The position numbers were made by a program, and so were the translations under genes. Shown here in pieces: positions 1 to 9,623 of a stretch of DNA of 64,000 bases (position 1 is its first letter; each line of letters begins with the position of its first letter). The stretch comes from a virus. The DNA is taken from the IMG/VR virus record IMGVR_UViG_3300045988_149625; one strand, written 5' to 3'. The notes below the pieces were generated by a model that saw nothing but the letters and a program-made list of their open reading frames with translations, ran no database searches and was not told where the DNA came from.

Positions 1-4
1 ATAA

Positions 5-271
5 ATGCGAACAGTCGTAGTTAATAAAGTGCATGCTTATGATGTTGCTTTCGATGTATCTTTAATAGCACTTAATATCTTTTATGGTATTGACGGAAAG
101 GTAAAATTAATGTACGTTATTGGAGATAAAATTATAGGGTACATTACTACACAGAAGCTCCATTATACAAACAAGGGAGCGTATATTAAATACTTCAGTA
201 GACGCATTTATATGTATGAGTTTGCGCCCGTCGACTTTTACGGCATGGAATTTAGAGGGAGTAGCAGATGA
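5..271 (+). CDS. hypothetical protein
   Basis: 88 aa ORF from track; no recognisable motif. Confidence 0.3.
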   Translation: MRTVVVNKVHAYDVAFDVSLIALNIFYGIDGKVKLMYVIGDKIIGYITTQKLHYTNKGAYIKYFSRRIYMYEFAPVDFYGMEFRGSSR

Positions 272-483
272 GAAGGATTCCTATTAAGCAAGGCTACGCA
301 GGCTGTGGCGTAGTCTTGTATTATAGCGGTGAATATATGATAATTAATAATAATTATCATTTATTCTTCATTGCTAACAGCGATGGAATTATATATGATA
401 CCTTATTACTTGATGGTGAATCAGTAACTATTACTAATAAGGAAGTTAGAACAGTTAAGGGAGAGGTCTTTAATAGGATTTAA
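268..483 (+). CDS. hypothetical protein
   Basis: 71 aa ORF, ATGA overlap with upstream ORF, followed by hairpin terminator. Confidence 0.3.
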   Translation: MRRIPIKQGYAGCGVVLYYSGEYMIINNNYHLFFIANSDGIIYDTLLLDGESVTITNKEVRTVKGEVFNRI

Positions 484-492
484 TCCTATTTA

Positions 493-510
493 GGGAGGCT
501 TCTCCCTTTT
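493..510 (+). terminator. rho-independent terminator (gggag-gctt-ctccc + TTTT)
   Basis: GC stem-loop followed by T run directly after ORF end at 483. Confidence 0.5.
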
Positions 511-595
511 CCCTTGCCTGCCCTGGGACGTTTCATGTCCCACACAGGGATACACCCACCTTCAGAATTTTCTGACTATTCCACCCTGGCAACTT

Positions 596-740
596 GATTA
601 CAAAATTTTCCAAAAAATTTTACTGATTTTTCTAGTACAAAATTTTCGGCATTTTTTAGCATTTTTTCTAGTACAGAATCCTTATTGCATTACAAAATTT
701 TCGGAAATTTTTAGCCGATTTTTCTAGTACAAAAAGGGAC
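596..740. repeat. interleaved direct repeats (TACAAAATTTTCGG x3 and TTTTTCTAGTACA x3), iteron-like
   Basis: three copies of each motif read directly in convergent intergenic region 484-744. Confidence 0.5.
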
Positions 741-744
741 TCCA

Positions 745-1404
745 TTAAGAAGCCCCTAACATATATTCTATGCCCTCTAATTTAAATACCCCTTCTAGGT
801 ACGGCGATACTTTTACCCCCACCCTCTTAGCATTTGTAAAATCTTTGCAGTTAGCAAGGTAAGAATCTGGATATAAAGACTTCTCTATTAAAGGAAGTAG
901 TAATAAATTATCTGTATCAACCTTTTCCGCAATTTCTACACCCATTTTCCGCGCGAGTAGTTCCACACTTAACTTCTTATTAAGCATGTATAAGTCTTTA
1001 TGCACGTGCATCCAATGCTGATAAAGCAGCCTAAAAGGAATAGACAGTTGTGCAAAGTTATCATCTATCACATGCCCTAAATGTTTTACAGGTGAATAGA
1101 TTACATTAAAGAAATAATCTATGAACATACCATCTATGTATTGATGCAGACTTTCTGGGCAATCTACCTGCTTAATGAAGTCAATAGTATACCAAATTAC
1201 TATTGCTTCTATATACTTATCAAATACCCTTTTCACCCTTTTGGGCGTATTTTTAGTATCATAAGGTAGCGATACCAAAGCAGTATATAATTCCTTGCTT
1301 ATAGGATACATACAATGTTCTTTAGAGTATTCTTTGATAGCTAAATAAATATTATATTTAAGCTGTTCATTCTTCTTTAACTTCATATATCTTAACCTTT
1401 CCAC
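745..1404 (-). CDS. hypothetical protein
   Basis: 219 aa ORF, start of leftward block. Confidence 0.5.
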   Translation of the reverse strand: MERLRYMKLKKNEQLKYNIYLAIKEYSKEHCMYPISKELYTALVSLPYDTKNTPKRVKRVFDKYIEAIVIWYTIDFIKQVDCPESLHQYIDGMFIDYFFNVIYSPVKHLGHVIDDNFAQLSIPFRLLYQHWMHVHKDLYMLNKKLSVELLARKMGVEIAEKVDTDNLLLLPLIEKSLYPDSYLANCKDFTNAKRVGVKVSPYLEGVFKLEGIEYMLGAS

Positions 1405-2239
1405 TGTAATTAGGATTCTTTATTCTCCACTTTACCGCGCCCCAAGTTACCCCTAGATACCTTGCTGCATCTTGTATAGATTTTAAATATACTTTTTTGT
1501 CGCCATCCACTACTATTACAGGTTTACTATTAGTCCGCTGTCTTTCAGAGTTTATCTTTATTTCACGCTCCACCTTTATCGGCGTATTTCCTCTGACAGT
1601 TTCTCCTTGTATTTTTGCCCATAAAGTACCGACTGAGTAAAAGGAATTTAATTTTGCATCTGTAATGTTTTCATACGTCTTTTTATTACCGAACTCATCG
1701 GTAATGGTAACTTTCATACCTTCTTTTTCGCAGTCATAACAGATACTTCTATACTTGTTTTCTCTGATTCTTTTAAGCTCAAACTCTTTACCACATTTTG
1801 TACATTTTTGAAATACTCCAGAATGTTTGTTACGATAACGCTCTTTACATTTCCTACTGCAAAACTTTGTCTGCTTAGAAAATACATCTAGGGGAGCACC
1901 ACATTCAATGCAATATTTGTTCCGCTTCTTGTTTAACCGTTCCTGTGCTTTCTGACGCTTTTTATGATAATACCCTTTGTTCCAAGCATTTAAAATCCTA
2001 ACCTTTACCATATCACTATACCAAAGACTGCTTTTCAGCTTGCATGAGGGGCAATAGATATTGTAGTAATGAAGCCCATTATACACAGTAGTTTCTATGG
2101 TACAAGCTGCATGACACTCTGGACAAGTAACTTCTACACCTTTCAAAGAAAGACTGTCAAGAAATTTTTCTTTTTCTTTCTTATCCATAGGTGCAATAGC
2201 TACGCTAGTAGTATCATAAAGCTGTTCAGTTACAAACAT
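1367..2239 (-). CDS. zinc-finger / HTH DNA-binding protein (Ogr/Delta-like CPxC...C..C fingers plus two NUMOD-like HTH repeats)
   Basis: CPECHAAC...CPSCK, CIECG...CSRKC, CTKCG...CYDC pairs; C-terminal repeats ITDAKLNSFYSVGTLWAKIQ and IQDAARYLGVTWGAVKWRIKN resemble homing-endonuclease-associated HTH. Confidence 0.45.
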   Translation of the reverse strand: MFVTEQLYDTTSVAIAPMDKKEKEKFLDSLSLKGVEVTCPECHAACTIETTVYNGLHYYNIYCPSCKLKSSLWYSDMVKVRILNAWNKGYYHKKRQKAQERLNKKRNKYCIECGAPLDVFSKQTKFCSRKCKERYRNKHSGVFQKCTKCGKEFELKRIRENKYRSICYDCEKEGMKVTITDEFGNKKTYENITDAKLNSFYSVGTLWAKIQGETVRGNTPIKVEREIKINSERQRTNSKPVIVVDGDKKVYLKSIQDAARYLGVTWGAVKWRIKNPNYSGKVKIYEVKEE

Positions 2240-2408
2240 TTAAAATCCCCCTTAATAAAAATACCTTGTGTATATTATAACACACAAGGTATGATTTGTA
2301 AAGCACTTAATAAGAAACTCCTATAAAATCCAATACTTTTGCCAACCCTAGCCACCGTTTTCCTTTTAAATGCTTTCTTTAAGCGCACTTTCCTGCATTT
2401 TAAACTGT

Positions 2409-2684
2409 CTAAGTTCTTTCCAAAAATGGCATTTTTTCTCCGTTTTGTACACGTTTAAGAAAATCTTTATGCCCCTTTTCCCCTTCTTCAATAGTTTTAT
2501 ACTTACAACAATATGAAACCACCCAATCAACCTCATTGTTGTCATTAATCCGAAATAATGCAGTTTCAAATGGATACTCTAATGCGCCCATAATCGGATA
2601 TGCGTTAAGTTGAACAGATACATCAATGGTAGATAAGAGATACTTTTTATTATTTATAGTAACTACATCCTTTAAATCTAACAC
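2409..2684 (-). CDS. hypothetical protein
   Basis: 91 aa ORF. Confidence 0.35.
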   Translation of the reverse strand: MLDLKDVVTINNKKYLLSTIDVSVQLNAYPIMGALEYPFETALFRINDNNEVDWVVSYCCKYKTIEEGEKGHKDFLKRVQNGEKMPFLERT

Positions 2685-2726
2685 ATTCCTTTCCCTTTCA
2701 AGAATAAATTTGCTTAAAAATACTTC

Positions 2727-3128
2727 CTACGCCCACAAGACACCATTGTTTTTACGTCTGCCTAAGCCAAAAACCTCTATAAATGCTTTGTGCAGGTCGT
2801 ATGTAATGCCATATGCAGTAATTACAGGATTATAATTCTCTGGCAATGTAATATCTTTCAACGCATGATAAATTACGCTAGACTGTTTTTGGTTAAATTC
2901 AGCACCGCAATCGCAAGCAAAGAGAAAGTCAGCTACTTCATCTGGTACTTTTTCCTCAACTTCCTCTATAAATACGTTATCCATATCTGAAAATGGTGGC
3001 ATAATAGCGGCTAAAAGTGATTCTTTAACGCCGTATGCTTCCGCAACTGCCAACCGATAGCGTAGTAATGCACCATAACCAAAAACACATTCAACAGTTC
3101 TACGTTTATCACTTAATACTACACACAT
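2727..3128 (-). CDS. hypothetical protein
   Basis: 133 aa ORF. Confidence 0.45.
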   Translation of the reverse strand: MCVVLSDKRRTVECVFGYGALLRYRLAVAEAYGVKESLLAAIMPPFSDMDNVFIEEVEEKVPDEVADFLFACDCGAEFNQKQSSVIYHALKDITLPENYNPVITAYGITYDLHKAFIEVFGLGRRKNNGVLWA

Positions 3129-3187
3129 CTGTTATCTCCTTTTTATCTCTGAATAACTACATGATTGATAACCGTTTTGTAAAGTAA

Positions 3188-3442
3188 TCATCTGCTTAAC
3201 CAGACAGCTATTTTATTGAAATCTTGCAATTTATCTTTTTCAACTAAAAGAATATTTTCACTATTGGATATGATAAATTTATATCTATCTAATATAGCTT
3301 CATAAACATCAAGTTCAGTCATAGTAGCGACTTTCTCCACAGGTACAGTATTCATTTTAACTAGCAAGTTTCTAGCAGCTCGTTCTTGACCTATATAATT
3401 GATTTTATCTGCTAAATCTCTAGCAGCATACAAATTAGTCAT
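3188..3442 (-). CDS. hypothetical protein
   Basis: 84 aa ORF. Confidence 0.4.
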   Translation of the reverse strand: MTNLYAARDLADKINYIGQERAARNLLVKMNTVPVEKVATMTELDVYEAILDRYKFIISNSENILLVEKDKLQDFNKIAVWLSR

Positions 3443-3480
3443 TTGCTATCCCTCCGTAACCACAACCGATATATATACTC

Positions 3481-3831
3481 TCACTTCTTTTCCTTAGGTT
3501 CTGACCATTCATCAATGACTTTAATACCGTAAGCAAGCGCACACATACGTTCAATCAAACAGCCCCTAGCATCATGCCAGCCCTTTACAAAGTAAGCAAT
3601 ATCAGCATCAGCCAATAAAGCAATGCTTGCAGCTAAATACTTTAAAGGTTTGTCAAAAGTAGGATGGTCTTGAAAGAAACTGTCAATTACTTCGACATCT
3701 TCCCCGATACGTTCTTGCACTTGTTTAACAGCAAGCTTGCGTACCGCTAATATTTCTTCATCTGTTTTGCCACGCATAGGCTGAGATATAAATAACTTTT
3801 TCATTAATTTTCCTCTCTCTTTCTTACCCAC
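3481..3831 (-). CDS. DUF4406 / nucleoside 2-deoxyribosyltransferase-like protein
   Basis: 116 aa; pattern FISQPMRGKT...DADIAYFVKGWHDARGCLIE typical of phage DUF4406 (N-deoxyribosyltransferase-like fold); from memory, not searched. Confidence 0.4.
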   Translation of the reverse strand: MGKKERGKLMKKLFISQPMRGKTDEEILAVRKLAVKQVQERIGEDVEVIDSFFQDHPTFDKPLKYLAASIALLADADIAYFVKGWHDARGCLIERMCALAYGIKVIDEWSEPKEKK

Positions 3832-4010
3832 TTCTTAATACTTCTTTTTCGCCACTGATGCTGACTTCAAAAACACAATGTTTAAATTCTTGTAGCATTA
3901 CATAACTATTGTGCCACTTGTCACCTATGGGAATATTGTGGTTCATCATATCACCTTCTAAACTTTTATAGGAGATTTTTGCAACATGTTGCATTTTTCT
4001 CTTATAAAGC

Positions 4011-4415
4011 TTATATAAACTTAACCCCCATTTCCGTAGCTACCTTAGGCAGCGCAGCTTCTGCTTCTTCCTTTGTGTGATATACCCAGCCTTTGTCAAG
4101 TAAAGCATACTCATTCGGAAAGCCGTCCCAGTGCAACGAGCCTACACACCATTTGTCGCCCCTGATTAAAAAGGTAAAATAGTGTTCGCCTTTCTTCGGC
4201 TTCCACGGAAGTTTGACGATTTCTTCTTCACCATTTATTAACCACAGAAAATGAGCAAGACAGTTTTCATAAGGCAATACACTACCATCAGTTCTGTAAG
4301 CTATTAATCCGTTGTCGACGAAGTGAAAAATATATTCACGTCCTTTGACTTTAAACTCTTCGCCCAGCTCCACGCCGAGCATTTTACAGATTTCTGGAAT
4401 AAGATTTTTAGCCAT
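4011..4415 (-). CDS. hypothetical protein
   Basis: 134 aa ORF. Confidence 0.45.
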   Translation of the reverse strand: MAKNLIPEICKMLGVELGEEFKVKGREYIFHFVDNGLIAYRTDGSVLPYENCLAHFLWLINGEEEIVKLPWKPKKGEHYFTFLIRGDKWCVGSLHWDGFPNEYALLDKGWVYHTKEEAEAALPKVATEMGVKFI

Positions 4416-4748
4416 TATTTTTCCTCCTTTGGCTCTATACAGCCATTACTATACCTAATGCCTTATATCCTTTTTGAAAAAATCAAGCTGGTTGCGATGC
4501 CCATTAATACGCATCTTGTAATTGATACGGTATGTAAAACAAATTCGTCTGCTTCTAACCAGCTGAGCACTTCTGTTGCTAACAGCAAGAGCATAACGGT
4601 TCTTAATACCATTATTACTTCCACTCCTTAATCTTTCTGCCACAACTTGGACAATAATCATGCCAGTATATTGTGTGGTATACGTCCGATTGACAATGGG
4701 AGCAGCGATATACTACAAATCCTTCCTCAATGCCCGCGTAATTCATCG

Positions 4749-4961
4749 TTACTTTTTTGACATTTCATCAGCTAATGCCTTTAACGCATCTTCTGAAAAC
4801 AGCATTGTTACTTCTTCTGCATCGTATTCAAAATCTGCAAAATCAAAATCATGCGGACGGAAAACACCGTCATCATCAACATATCCATAGCGGAACGGCA
4901 GATTTTCAAAGCCATTAACCTTAGCATATTCATAAAGCTCTTTGATTGTCATTCTGTCCAC
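4749..4961 (-). CDS. hypothetical protein
   Basis: 70 aa acidic ORF. Confidence 0.35.
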   Translation of the reverse strand: MDRMTIKELYEYAKVNGFENLPFRYGYVDDDGVFRPHDFDFADFEYDAEEVTMLFSEDALKALADEMSKK

Positions 4962-4964
4962 CCT

Positions 4965-5189
4965 TTACGTCCATAGCCACAACTTACCAAGTTCTTTAGC
5001 AACCTTTGTCGTTAGCCGAACTTTTGTGCAAGTAGGCTCATGTGGTTCACAATTAGGGCAATAACGCACTAATTCAACGTGTTCACTACCGTGACACTCA
5101 CAAGGGAAGCCATAATAGTAATACTTTCTATTTAAGCTCTTAGATTCTTTGTGACAAATATCACAAATGCCACTTTCACAATCATCCAT
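4965..5189 (-). CDS. Cys-rich zinc-finger protein
   Basis: 74 aa with CDICH, CECH, CPNC, CTK cysteine pairs. Confidence 0.4.
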   Translation of the reverse strand: MDDCESGICDICHKESKSLNRKYYYYGFPCECHGSEHVELVRYCPNCEPHEPTCTKVRLTTKVAKELGKLWLWT

Positions 5190-5205
5190 GTTACTACTCC
5201 TTTAT

Positions 5206-5436
5206 TTATTTAACCTCTTCTACTTCTACATATTCAAGTTCACTGTCAGCATAAATACTTGCTGTTGCTTCATCAGTACCACAAACGCCTATAAGCTTAT
5301 TTGTCCCACCGTTACCACAATAGTTATCAATACTAACATTATCATAAGCCTTTTCAATGGCTTCTTCTTCGTTTTCTGCTTCTACCGTCACTTCAACAAC
5401 TACATTAGCATACCCTGTTACAGTATATTTTTTCAT
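5206..5436 (-). CDS. hypothetical protein
   Basis: 76 aa ORF. Confidence 0.4.
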   Translation of the reverse strand: MKKYTVTGYANVVVEVTVEAENEEEAIEKAYDNVSIDNYCGNGGTNKLIGVCGTDEATASIYADSELEYVEVEEVK

Positions 5437-5442
5437 CAGTTT

Positions 5443-5640
5443 TCATTCCTTTTCTTTATTGATTCTTTCAACAAGGTCATTTACAGCGTTTACAGCTTCC
5501 CTATAGGTGTCATAAGTGTGGCATTTATAAGACACATCACTATTTATAATAAACACGCGAACCTCATTGTTGGCTGAAATACATATAGATTCAATGTATT
5601 GTGTGTTTATCCAATGTTGTTTACCAAACTTAATAAACAT
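5443..5640 (-). CDS. hypothetical protein
   Basis: 65 aa ORF, ATGA-type overlap with downstream gene. Confidence 0.35.
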   Translation of the reverse strand: MFIKFGKQHWINTQYIESICISANNEVRVFIINSDVSYKCHTYDTYREAVNAVNDLVERINKEKE

Positions 5641-6005
5641 TACTTTCCCTCCATAGCCTTACTTGCTTTTAAAATCTTCTCAATCAGCGTGTCTACTGTC
5701 TTTCCAGTAAATTCGCCTGTAGCCTTGATGTTGGCTGGTGTTATACGCTCAGCAGCATACATGGCGTATATTTCCGTTTTTGTTGGGAGGAATACTGCCA
5801 GCGTATCCAAAACAAAAGCCGCACAAACAAGTATTTTGAGTGCCTTGACGGATTCGTCATGCTCATAATCATCTGTCAAGACTGCTATTGCAACCGACAC
5901 GGCAAGCGCAGTTACTACAAGACCTACTACACAGCAGATTATTTGTATAAACTCAATTCTTCCTGCCCAGTATATCAGCCACGGTGAAATAATCGGTTCA
6001 TTCAT
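5640..6005 (-). CDS. membrane protein (2-3 TM helices)
   Basis: 121 aa with hydrophobic stretches IICCVVGLVVTALAVSVAIAVL and ILVCAAFVLDTLAVFL. Confidence 0.45.
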   Translation of the reverse strand: MNEPIISPWLIYWAGRIEFIQIICCVVGLVVTALAVSVAIAVLTDDYEHDESVKALKILVCAAFVLDTLAVFLPTKTEIYAMYAAERITPANIKATGEFTGKTVDTLIEKILKASKAMEGK

Positions 6006-6449
6006 TTATTTTCCCCTTTCTATATAAAGCAACAGCAAGGGATTTCTTGGATTTTACGCAGACCTGTTTCATCAGTTCATAACAATAATGAGCCTACCGT
6101 TGCCAAGTCCGCAACCTACTGCTATTCAGCAACCCTGCCATTGCACCCTAGGGCTTAATTATTATCTACCCCGACAATTACAACGTCATTGCTTACCACT
6201 TCCCAATGTAATTTGGAAAGGCGTATGGCAACACTTGTATCATATGTGTTCCTGCCTATAGCAATATACACTTTAGCATCATCATCATAGTTTTTTAAAA
6301 CGTCAATCAATTCACTTACTGTCATTTTACTTACTCCTTTGTTACACCTTAAGGCTTAATCTTTATTGACGATTTTTACGATTCGTCTACTACCTTTCAT
6401 CCCCTTAACTTTTTCAAAGGGCTTTGAGCTGTTGCGTTTTTTGCAACAG

Positions 6450-6818
6450 TTACAAGAGATTTCGCAACCTGTTGCGGTTCTCTATTCCACTTTCTACCCA
6501 CTCATTAAAACATTTCTTACAGCAATATCCTCTGCTATTGACATGGAAGTCTTTTATATCATCTATCTCTGCGCCGCAGGTATCGCAAATAAAATACCAA
6601 CCGTGGTTTAACCATTCCTCAACAGGAATACTGTCAACATCACCGTATTTATCTGCCCAAGGAGCACGCTGCACTCTGATGTCCTTGTAATGGATTCCGT
6701 TCTCCATGCTAAAATCTTGTTTTGCTTTTCCCGCTGTTTCAGCGAATGTTATTTCTTCCGATATGTCATCCATATCGTAGTCTGAAGCGTTGGCAAAAAT
6801 ATACGCTTTACATTTCAT
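6450..6818 (-). CDS. zinc-ribbon protein
   Basis: 122 aa; CDTCG...CCKKC motif. Confidence 0.4.
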   Translation of the reverse strand: MKCKAYIFANASDYDMDDISEEITFAETAGKAKQDFSMENGIHYKDIRVQRAPWADKYGDVDSIPVEEWLNHGWYFICDTCGAEIDDIKDFHVNSRGYCCKKCFNEWVESGIENRNRLRNLL

Positions 6819-6848
6819 TCTTATCTGCCTTTCAAAATCATACTTTAA

Positions 6849-7088
6849 TCATAAAGCACTTCCTATAATATTAACGCATCCACATCTAGTACATTTGTAA
6901 ATTGGATGCCCACTAAAAGATGCTTCCAATTCTGTGCTGCCACAGCTTGCACAACAATTAGAGTTACTGATTAAAGGACTTAAAATGTATAAAAAGATAA
7001 TCAATAAGACTAATAATAATACGCTATTCATTATTAACCTCCAAATATTGCATCCAACATACTTCCTATAATAAAGGAAATTATACAA
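6849..7088 (-). CDS. small membrane protein with C-terminal Cys cluster
   Basis: 79 aa; TM LLLVLLIIFLYIL then CCASCG...CTRCGC. Confidence 0.3.
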   Translation of the reverse strand: MYNFLYYRKYVGCNIWRLIMNSVLLLVLLIIFLYILSPLISNSNCCASCGSTELEASFSGHPIYKCTRCGCVNIIGSAL

Positions 7089-7315
7089 AGTGCATAGAAA
7101 TCACTTTCTTGATAAATATTAGTATGTTTATCTCTAGGACTGCTCATCATCGTTCTATATGTAGGGTGTCCTAAAATTCTGGACATAACATACAGATTGG
7201 AATGTTTGCTTTTCATAAGAATGTACCTCCATTTCTTGTATCTATTATAATACGTTGGAGGCACATTGTCAAGCACTATTTTAACTTTTTCCGCGAAAAT
7301 CTGGGAATAATTCAT
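7034..7315 (-). CDS. hypothetical protein
   Basis: 93 aa ORF. Confidence 0.3.
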   Translation of the reverse strand: MNYSQIFAEKVKIVLDNVPPTYYNRYKKWRYILMKSKHSNLYVMSRILGHPTYRTMMSSPRDKHTNIYQESDFYALCIISFIIGSMLDAIFGG

Positions 7316-7472
7316 GGGTATTTAGCCATTCAAGCGCTGGTATTCCATTAATTGTAATACCTCCACTCCCTTCTTTAAGAGGCATCCCCATATCTTCAAG
7401 AACCTTTTTAAATAATTCTACATCTTTATCCGTTATTGATTCTTTTCTCTGCTGTTTCATAATAATCCCCAT
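7281..7472 (-). CDS. hypothetical protein
   Basis: 63 aa ORF. Confidence 0.3.
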   Translation of the reverse strand: MGIIMKQQRKESITDKDVELFKKVLEDMGMPLKEGSGGITINGIPALEWLNTHELFPDFRGKS

Positions 7473-8180
7473 TTAATTCTATTCCTATAAAGTTGCGGTT
7501 TGTGTTAAGGCAAGCAACACCTGTACTTCCGCTGCCCATACAATTATCTAAAACTGTATCTCCTTCATGTGTATAGGTTTTGATAAGGTATTCCAATAAA
7601 GGTACAGGCTTTTCAGTAGGGTGGAAACCATTTGTAGGTTTATCAAAATATAAGATATTTCCTGGAAGTCTTTCTGTCACAGTCTTTGGTGCAAAATTTT
7701 CTTTAGGATGAAAATTAGAGACGACAACAGCACTAATGCCACCCTTTCGGTTAGAGCACCATGTATTTTTATAAGGTGCGCCCTTTTCCATAATTGGAAA
7801 GTAATTCATACTTCCCTTTTTAGAATGAGCACTTGCCATTTTAGAGAAAACCATAATATCTTCGTTTAATTTAAACGGTTGAAATTTTGCGTTTAAAAAG
7901 TTGCTTCCTTTATTCTTAACCCATTTCCAATCATACTTGTACGTAAGGGGGGGGGACAAGATAAGCGTAGGTGACTAGAGAATGGTTCATTTCCAAAGAG
8001 TACCACTGCTCCAGATGGCTTGATTAAACGAATATATTCCTGCCAAAGACGTTCAAAGTTTAGTACAGTATCCCATTTACACGCGCTTGTTCCATATGGT
8101 AAATCGCAGAGAATCATGTCAATACTTTCATCTTCTAAAATAGGAAATACTTTAAAACAATCTTCATTAAAAATTTTCAT
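7426..8180 (-). pseudogene. beta-class N6-adenine/N4-cytosine DNA methyltransferase, frame broken at a G9 homopolymer (candidate phase-variable gene)
   Basis: N-part (7893-8180) carries DPPY-like motif ILCDLPYGTS; C-part (7426-7959) carries SAM motif VLDNCMGSGSTGVA; the two frames overlap at GGGGGGGGG 7947-7955; a 10-G tract would give a continuous protein aligning with the paralog at 8794-9558. Confidence 0.75.
7947..7955. repeat. poly-G tract (9 G)
   Basis: homopolymer inside MTase coding sequence at the frame junction. Confidence 0.9.
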
Positions 8181-8479
8181 TGTGCCACACCGCCGTTCAA
8201 AAATGATTCAAAGTCGAAATTTAGATACTTTTTAACACCCCTCAAAGAATTAAAGCAGTCACTAAAATACTGATTTAAAATAAAGGTAGGACTGCCCTTA
8301 AATCTTTCAAGCTCTAAAAGGCTTACCAATCTAGAAACGTATTGGCAGCCATCATCGGTAGCATAATAAAGACGTATCAAGTAAGCAGTATAATCTGCAT
8401 CTAATTCAAAATCTAAATATACTATACTATCGTCAATTTTCCCTATGGGAAGTTTTCTACAATTTGGATAATAAAACAT
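8177..8479 (-). CDS. hypothetical protein
   Basis: 100 aa ORF between the two paralogous MTase genes. Confidence 0.4.
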   Translation of the reverse strand: MFYYPNCRKLPIGKIDDSIVYLDFELDADYTAYLIRLYYATDDGCQYVSRLVSLLELERFKGSPTFILNQYFSDCFNSLRGVKKYLNFDFESFLNGGVAQ

Positions 8480-8636
8480 TATAACAGCTCACTTTCTCAA
8501 ATAAGTTCCCAATCTTCAATGGTTCTAACTACTTTACGGACTTCACCGATAGAACAACCAGCATAATCATTATCACAATATTCTGTTAAACCTACCTCAT
8601 AACTAACACTATAAAGCTTCTCTTTGTAAGGGAAAA

Positions 8637-8876
8637 TTATAATGCAAAGTCCAATCCAACCCCTACATTACCCTCTACTTCATCAATCTCTTTATCCTCA
8701 GCATAGCTAACAACCTTTTTCCATTCTTGCTCGGTAAGTTTTTCGCCATTAATAGCTTTATCAAGTAATTCTTCAATAGTTAATTCAATTTTATCAAAAT
8801 TGTTCATATGTGAGTATCTCCTTTTCAATCCCTTTCTTTGCAGCATTAAAGTATGTTTCATTAAGCTCAAATCCAA
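8637..8876 (-). CDS. hypothetical protein
   Basis: 79 aa ORF. Confidence 0.35.
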   Translation of the reverse strand: MDLSLMKHTLMLQRKGLKRRYSHMNNFDKIELTIEELLDKAINGEKLTEQEWKKVVSYAEDKEIDEVEGNVGVGLDFAL

Positions 8877-9558
8877 TGTAGTTTCTATTAGTATGTAGAC
8901 ATGCTACACCTGTTGACCCACTACCCATACAGTTATCTAGGACTGTTTCTCCCTCATTGGTGTAGGTCTTAATTAGATACTCTAGCAAGGGTATAGGTTT
9001 TTGGGTGGGATGTATTGGTTTGGGAACACAATCAAACTGTAATGTATCCCAAGGATAATTAGTATATTCAGAAATGGTAACATCTTTATGCGAAGGTCTT
9101 TTCCCAGCCATAGTGCCAAATTTTGCTCCGCTTTTACCCCTGCGAATCGTCTTTTTTGCAATCAGTCCTTGGGGAAAGTATTTCATCTTGTTTTTGCCAC
9201 CATTTGCCGTTACACCTTTTGAAAAAACCGCAATTTCTTCATAGGAAGTCATAGGGCGATTTTTAGCATTTACGAAGTTTCCTCGTTTGTTTTTTAACCA
9301 TACCCATTTATATCTATATAACTTTTCGTTGCTGTTAATCAATTTGTGCGTAAACTGTCCACTGCAAAACAACACAATAGCTCCATTATTTTTAATTATT
9401 CGCTCATATTCTCCCCATAATTGGGAGAAGTCAATTACTTTATCCCAACCGCTTGCCGTAGTTCCATATGGCAAGTCACACAAAATCATGTCAACGCTTT
9501 TGTCAGGTATAGCCTTCATTAACTCTAAGCAATTACCTTGTTTAATATAACTCTGCAT
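8794..9558 (-). CDS. beta-class N6-adenine/N4-cytosine DNA methyltransferase (intact paralog)
   Basis: 254 aa; motif IV ILCDLPYGTT near N-term, motif I VLDNCMGSGSTGVAC near C-term (order IV...I, hence beta class). Confidence 0.8.
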   Translation of the reverse strand: MQSYIKQGNCLELMKAIPDKSVDMILCDLPYGTTASGWDKVIDFSQLWGEYERIIKNNGAIVLFCSGQFTHKLINSNEKLYRYKWVWLKNKRGNFVNAKNRPMTSYEEIAVFSKGVTANGGKNKMKYFPQGLIAKKTIRRGKSGAKFGTMAGKRPSHKDVTISEYTNYPWDTLQFDCVPKPIHPTQKPIPLLEYLIKTYTNEGETVLDNCMGSGSTGVACLHTNRNYIGFELNETYFNAAKKGIEKEILTYEQF

Positions 9559-9623
9559 TTATTTCTCCTTATGTTATATAGTGAAGCACTAATCAGCTGA
9601 CTAATGCTCCACCATAAACTTAA

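Noticed and set aside
2069-2326. Plus-strand ORFs embedded in the leftward block (2069-2326, 2626-2835, 2790-2990, 4323-4631, 4660-4890, 5167-5577, 5599-5868, 6366-6690)
   Set aside because: Antisense to a continuous run of minus-strand genes with good packing; translations are low-complexity or hydrophobic and lack start context.
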